Origin: Marsupella aquatica
Taxonomy: Eukaryota; Plantae; Marchantiophyta
Reading direction: 5' to 3'
NCBI GenBank assembly: GCA_973895155.1
Contig: OZ316893.1
Location: 9,115,839 to 9,179,838, forward strand
Length of the DNA stretch: 64,000 nt
Shown: piece after piece, positions 59,643 through 64,000 of the stretch
Numbering within the stretch: the first letter of the stretch is position 1
Layout: every line of letters begins with the position of its first letter
Notes under the pieces: generated by a model
Database searches by the model: none
What the model was told of the DNA's origin: nothing
Seen by the model: the letters and a program-made list of their open reading frames with translations, nothing else
Program-made: the position numbers and the translations under genes

Positions 59643-62600
59643 ATGGCAACCCAAGTTGTAGCAGTAGCTGCTGGTTCTCCTGTCGCCACAGGCAGCAGCG
59701 GATCAGCAGCTGGGTTCTTGGGTTCGCGGAAAGATGTTCACTCCCTTGGCCGATTCACAGGCTTCAGCGTGAGCTCTCGGACCACATTGGAGAATAGAAG
59801 CAGAAACAGATTTGGAGCTCGTGCTGCTGTGTTGGTGCGAAATCCGCCTTCTGGAACGATTGATAGAAGTGGAAATTCAGAGAATGGGAGTTCCAGAACT
59901 GGAGGAGGAAGTAATGGAGCTGAGATCAGCAGCAGGGACACTGGAAACGGAGCTGTGATGCCCGTAGTCGTAGGTAAGGGTGCAGTCTATAGAACAGGTA
60001 ACCAAAGAGTGGCCGTTGTTCCTAAAAAGAAGATGACCGGAATAAACGCTGATACTCCACAGGAGAGAGAGGCTGAGGCAAGAGCTGCGTTACGAGCTGC
60101 AGATGCCATCGTGTACGATCCTTTGAGCTTGTATCAGCGTTACAACAAGATGCCATTCAAGGTATGCTGCCTGATTGCAGCACTGCTGTCGCTGTTTTCA
60201 ATTGATGTACGTTGCGTTATGCTCGCCTGTTTGGTGGATTGGCAGGATGGTTTTTTGGCCTGGATTGGCGTTTTCTTTCCATCTGCTGTCGCAGTATGGA
60301 TTCACCTAAAGCTCTTTAAGTGAATCCCCCGCTACATTATGGTCCCCACCAGTATTTATCCCAGGATGCAGAAAGAGGTAGACGACCGTAAACTGGTTCT
60401 AGTGTTGGATGTTAGAATGGGCGATGAGAGGGCTGGAGCTTGTACCAAACTACAAGCTGGTGCCTTTGCGTTAGGATTTTGTGGGCCCAGATTTTCAAAG
60501 AATTCAGTTTGTGAGGGCACAAGAATGGGTGTGAGTTGCCCAACTCATCCACACCCAACTCAGGATGGGCGTTCAGAAAATGAAGTGCCTCGGAATTCCG
60601 TTAATTTATCAACGATTGTAACATAGAAGATGGACGGGGAATGAATTCTCCCAGATCTTGACGTATAGGAGAAAGTGCAGTGATTCAAGGCAATGAAGAT
60701 TTTGATGTAGTAACACAGTCCACGATAGACAGCGAGGGTGAATAAATCCACCCAAGTCTTGAGCTGTAGCGGAAATTGCAGTGATGCAAGACAATGAAGA
60801 TTTTAGTACATATTGACCTAATTGCCTCCAAATGCAGGTGTTAGGAAGGGCATTGAACATTTCAACAACTCTAGGCACATTTGCCTTGAGCGTCTTTGTG
60901 GATACGAAAAGAGGCACAGTGAAGCAGAATATGAGAATGAGAGCAATACAGTTGCGGAAGAAGCTTACAGAGCTTGGACCAACATTTGTGAAGATTGGGC
61001 AAGGCCTCTCAACTCGGCCCGACCTTTGCCCTCCTGAGTACTTGGAAGAACTTGCCGAGTTACAGGTTGAAAATTTCTCTCATTTGGACGACTAATAACG
61101 AACTACCTTTGCCAAGCTGTCTCAAAATTACCACAGCTGGCCTTGAGGGCTGGTCGGAGGTTATGCTACGTATCTTGAGGATTTTGCTTCTTAACCGTCT
61201 GCATGTTTGAGACTGGGAGTCAGTTGATTGGATTGATCATGACCAGTAATGACATACTTCTGTGTCGTGTGTGTCATGTCACAGGATGCCCTTCCATGCT
61301 TTCCAGACATTGAAGCATTCGCTTGCATAGAAAGGGAACTGGGAGCACCTCTAGAATCAATGTATTCATCGATTACTGCATCGCCAATAGCTGCAGCAAG
61401 CCTTGGACAAGTGTACAAAGCAATACTAAAATCTACTGGGGATGTAGTAGCTGTAAAAGTTCAGAGACCTTTTATTGAGCGGTCTGTCGGGCTTGATTTC
61501 TACCTCCTGAGGGGCTTGTGTGGGCTCGTGGACAAATATGTGGATGTGGTTACAAGTGACGTTGTGTCACTATTGGACGAATTTGCTCGGAGAGTCTATG
61601 AGGAGCTCAACTATGTGCAGGTAATCTTCAATTCTATTCCAGAATTTCATTTCTCGCCGCTGGAATGGTTTTAGCTCCCCTGTTACTGCTGTGTCTTGAT
61701 ACCTTCAAGACTACCGCTGATTGTTCGTCAATGAATCAAAATGGTAGATCCATAGAGGTTAACTCACGTTTACTACTCGACATTCATTACTTCAATTTTC
61801 ACACGCCAAGGCCTCGTTCCCTCAGCAGGATATTTCCTCTAGTCCTAGGTTATGGTGAGGAGGTGGGAATGTGGTTAATTTGAGAGATCGTATTTGATGT
61901 GCTAAGATCTTTGACAAATGTAACACCCTATAACTAGCAGATACAGATATTGTCGAAGTGTTCTATTCCACTTTTGGTTTGGGGTTTTACTTACAACCAG
62001 CAAGATTGCAAGGTTTAAGCTTGTTGACTGCTTGCACTTCTCAGTACCGAGGATGTGGCTGCAATGTGCCTGGAATTGCTGATTGTTCTGTCTCCATTGT
62101 AACTTTGGTGCTATGTGGATAATATCAGGAAGCAAGGAATGCCATACGATTTAGGAAACTATATGGAGACAGAGCAGATGTTCTGGTTCCTGGAATATAC
62201 TGGGACTATGTTGGTACAAAGGTGTTGACCATGGAGTGGGTTGATGGTGTAAAACTCAGTGATCAAGCTGTCATTCAGCAACAGGGGCTCGACATAATTA
62301 AGCTTGTAGATATAGGTATCCAATGCAGTCTTCGGCAACTCCTTGAACATGGATATTTCCACGCAGATCCACACCCTGGAAATCTTCTGGCAACTCCTGA
62401 TGGCAGACTGGCGTTTCTGGACTTTGGCATGATGAGTGAGACTCCTGAGCTGGCGCGGTTTGCAATCATTGGTCATGTTGTACATCTTGTCAACCGTGAC
62501 TATGAAGCTATGGCTCGTGACTATTACGCATTGGATTTTTTGGAGCCCGATGTTGATGTTACACCAATTGTCCCTGCCTTGAAAAACTTCTTTGATGATG

Positions 62601-64000
62601 TGCTGACTGCCACTGTCAGTGAACTAAACTTCAAAACAATAGTCGATGGACTTGGCGCTGTTCTATACCAATATCCTTTTAATGGTATGGAGTTCAAACT
62701 TTCTCCTCTACTTACATTTGTTTTTTCCCAAATTGAAGTAGTTGTCCTAATTGTCAGAAATTGAGCCATCCCCAACACTACCATGAGAAGCACTTCGCGA
62801 CATATGCAATTCTTCAGTCATTTATTATGTCAAGAAATTACTCTGGGTTTCGATGGTTAGGTTCACAACTGGATAACACGTTTTGCTGCATTGCTGACTT
62901 GTCTTTGGATGGCAGTGCCAGCCTACTATGCGCTTATATTAAGATCCCTAACAGTTTTGGAGGGACTAGCGCTTTTCACCGACCCAAATTTCAAAGTGCT
63001 TGCTGCATCATATCCATATTTTGCCAAAAGGCTACTCACTGATGGCAACCCTTACTTGCGAGATTCTCTAATTGAGCTTTTGTTCAAGGATGGCAGCTTC
63101 AGGTGAAGGAAATTTAGTTTGGAACTCGCTGGTGTTTCATGCCAGTATTATCGTGATGCTATGAGGTTTATTGGTCCACGCCTTGAAAACGATATAAGCG
63201 GGTCCATAGATCACTAGAGATTGTCAAATCCCTCTAGGTAATGCAATGCAGTTATGCAACCGTGTGCCACAATCAGAGAAATTGAGCTTCCTGCTGAATC
63301 CTGACGGGAAGGGTCTAAGGATTGTATGTTGCTGGTCTAATGGCAGGAAACCGTCCTGGATCAAGTTTTGAAATGACACCTTATGTTGATGTTTCTATTG
63401 TCATGGTTTGCAGATGGAATAGACTAGAGAACCTACTTGTACAAGGAAGTAAAGACTCGGACTACAGAGCATCTGACGTGATGCAGCCGGTCCTCAACCT
63501 TTTGTTGGGGGAAGGGGGCGAGGAGCTAAGAAAGTTGGTAGAAAAAGAGGCAATTCGAGTAACAGAGGCCCTGGTGGTTGGCACAGCTATAGAAGGTTAC
63601 AGAACAGTGCCACAGCCGCTACGGGCGATATTGGGGAGTAATCTTGTGCGAGTTAAAGACAGTGAAGAGGCTTCCATCCTCGCTCTTAGAGCTCAAGTGT
63701 TGAGAATATGGGGATTGCTTCGCAGCTCAAGTGGGTTCGACCCAGCCATGCTACAGCCAATAGTCGAGGTATCCCTCTACCTTAACTCCTCCTGGGCGTT
63801 TCCTAGATCTAGTAGGACACCAGTCACCTCCCACATGTGGCCCCAAGATGGAAAATAAAACACCTACAGTGGATCATAGATGCACCACCTAGCGAAATGG
63901 AACTCTAGGCAAGCTAATCAACTCATACCATATCTCCTAATGCACAAAGGGGACTCAATGCAGATGTTTGATTCTCTACTGCATGTTCTAGATGTCTCCC
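59643..64000 (+). CDS. ABC1K3: Plastid ABC1-like atypical kinase, multi-exon, 3' end outside the window
   Basis: Ser/Ala/Arg-rich transit-like N-terminus. [85 protein letters not shown]. Approximate exons 59643-60161, 60838-61065, 61285-61620, ~62130-62684, ~62916-63102, ~63414-63768. Confidence 0.92.

Overview
Eukaryotic, intron-rich nuclear DNA from a land plant. It is probably a non-seed plant such as a liverwort or moss; this is inferred from protein and transposon style only. Host genes: cohesin SMC3 (minus, 2537-13428), tRNA-Asp(GTC) (minus, 33538-33609), PEX5 (minus, 35564-42756) and plastid kinase ABC1K3 (plus, from 59643 to beyond the window end). Three mobile elements have exact ends and target-site duplications (TSDs). 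(1) A 3.2-kb TG..CA solo-LTR-like insertion carrying a 581-aa ORF (14979-18176, TSD CCTTG). (2) The main find is a ~10-kb Ty3/Gypsy-type retroelement (21727-31707, TSD GCCC). Its pol has a full C5-cytosine DNA methyltransferase domain between protease and RT, and its DDE integrase ends in a PHD finger. Instead of paired LTRs it has split direct repeats (A1-ORFs-B1-A2-B2) with an internal palindromic copy of the joined ends and no recognisable tRNA primer-binding site. (3) A 10.4-kb P-superfamily-like DNA transposon (44499-54873, 15-bp TIRs, 8-bp TSD). All calls come from reading motifs by eye; no searches were run.
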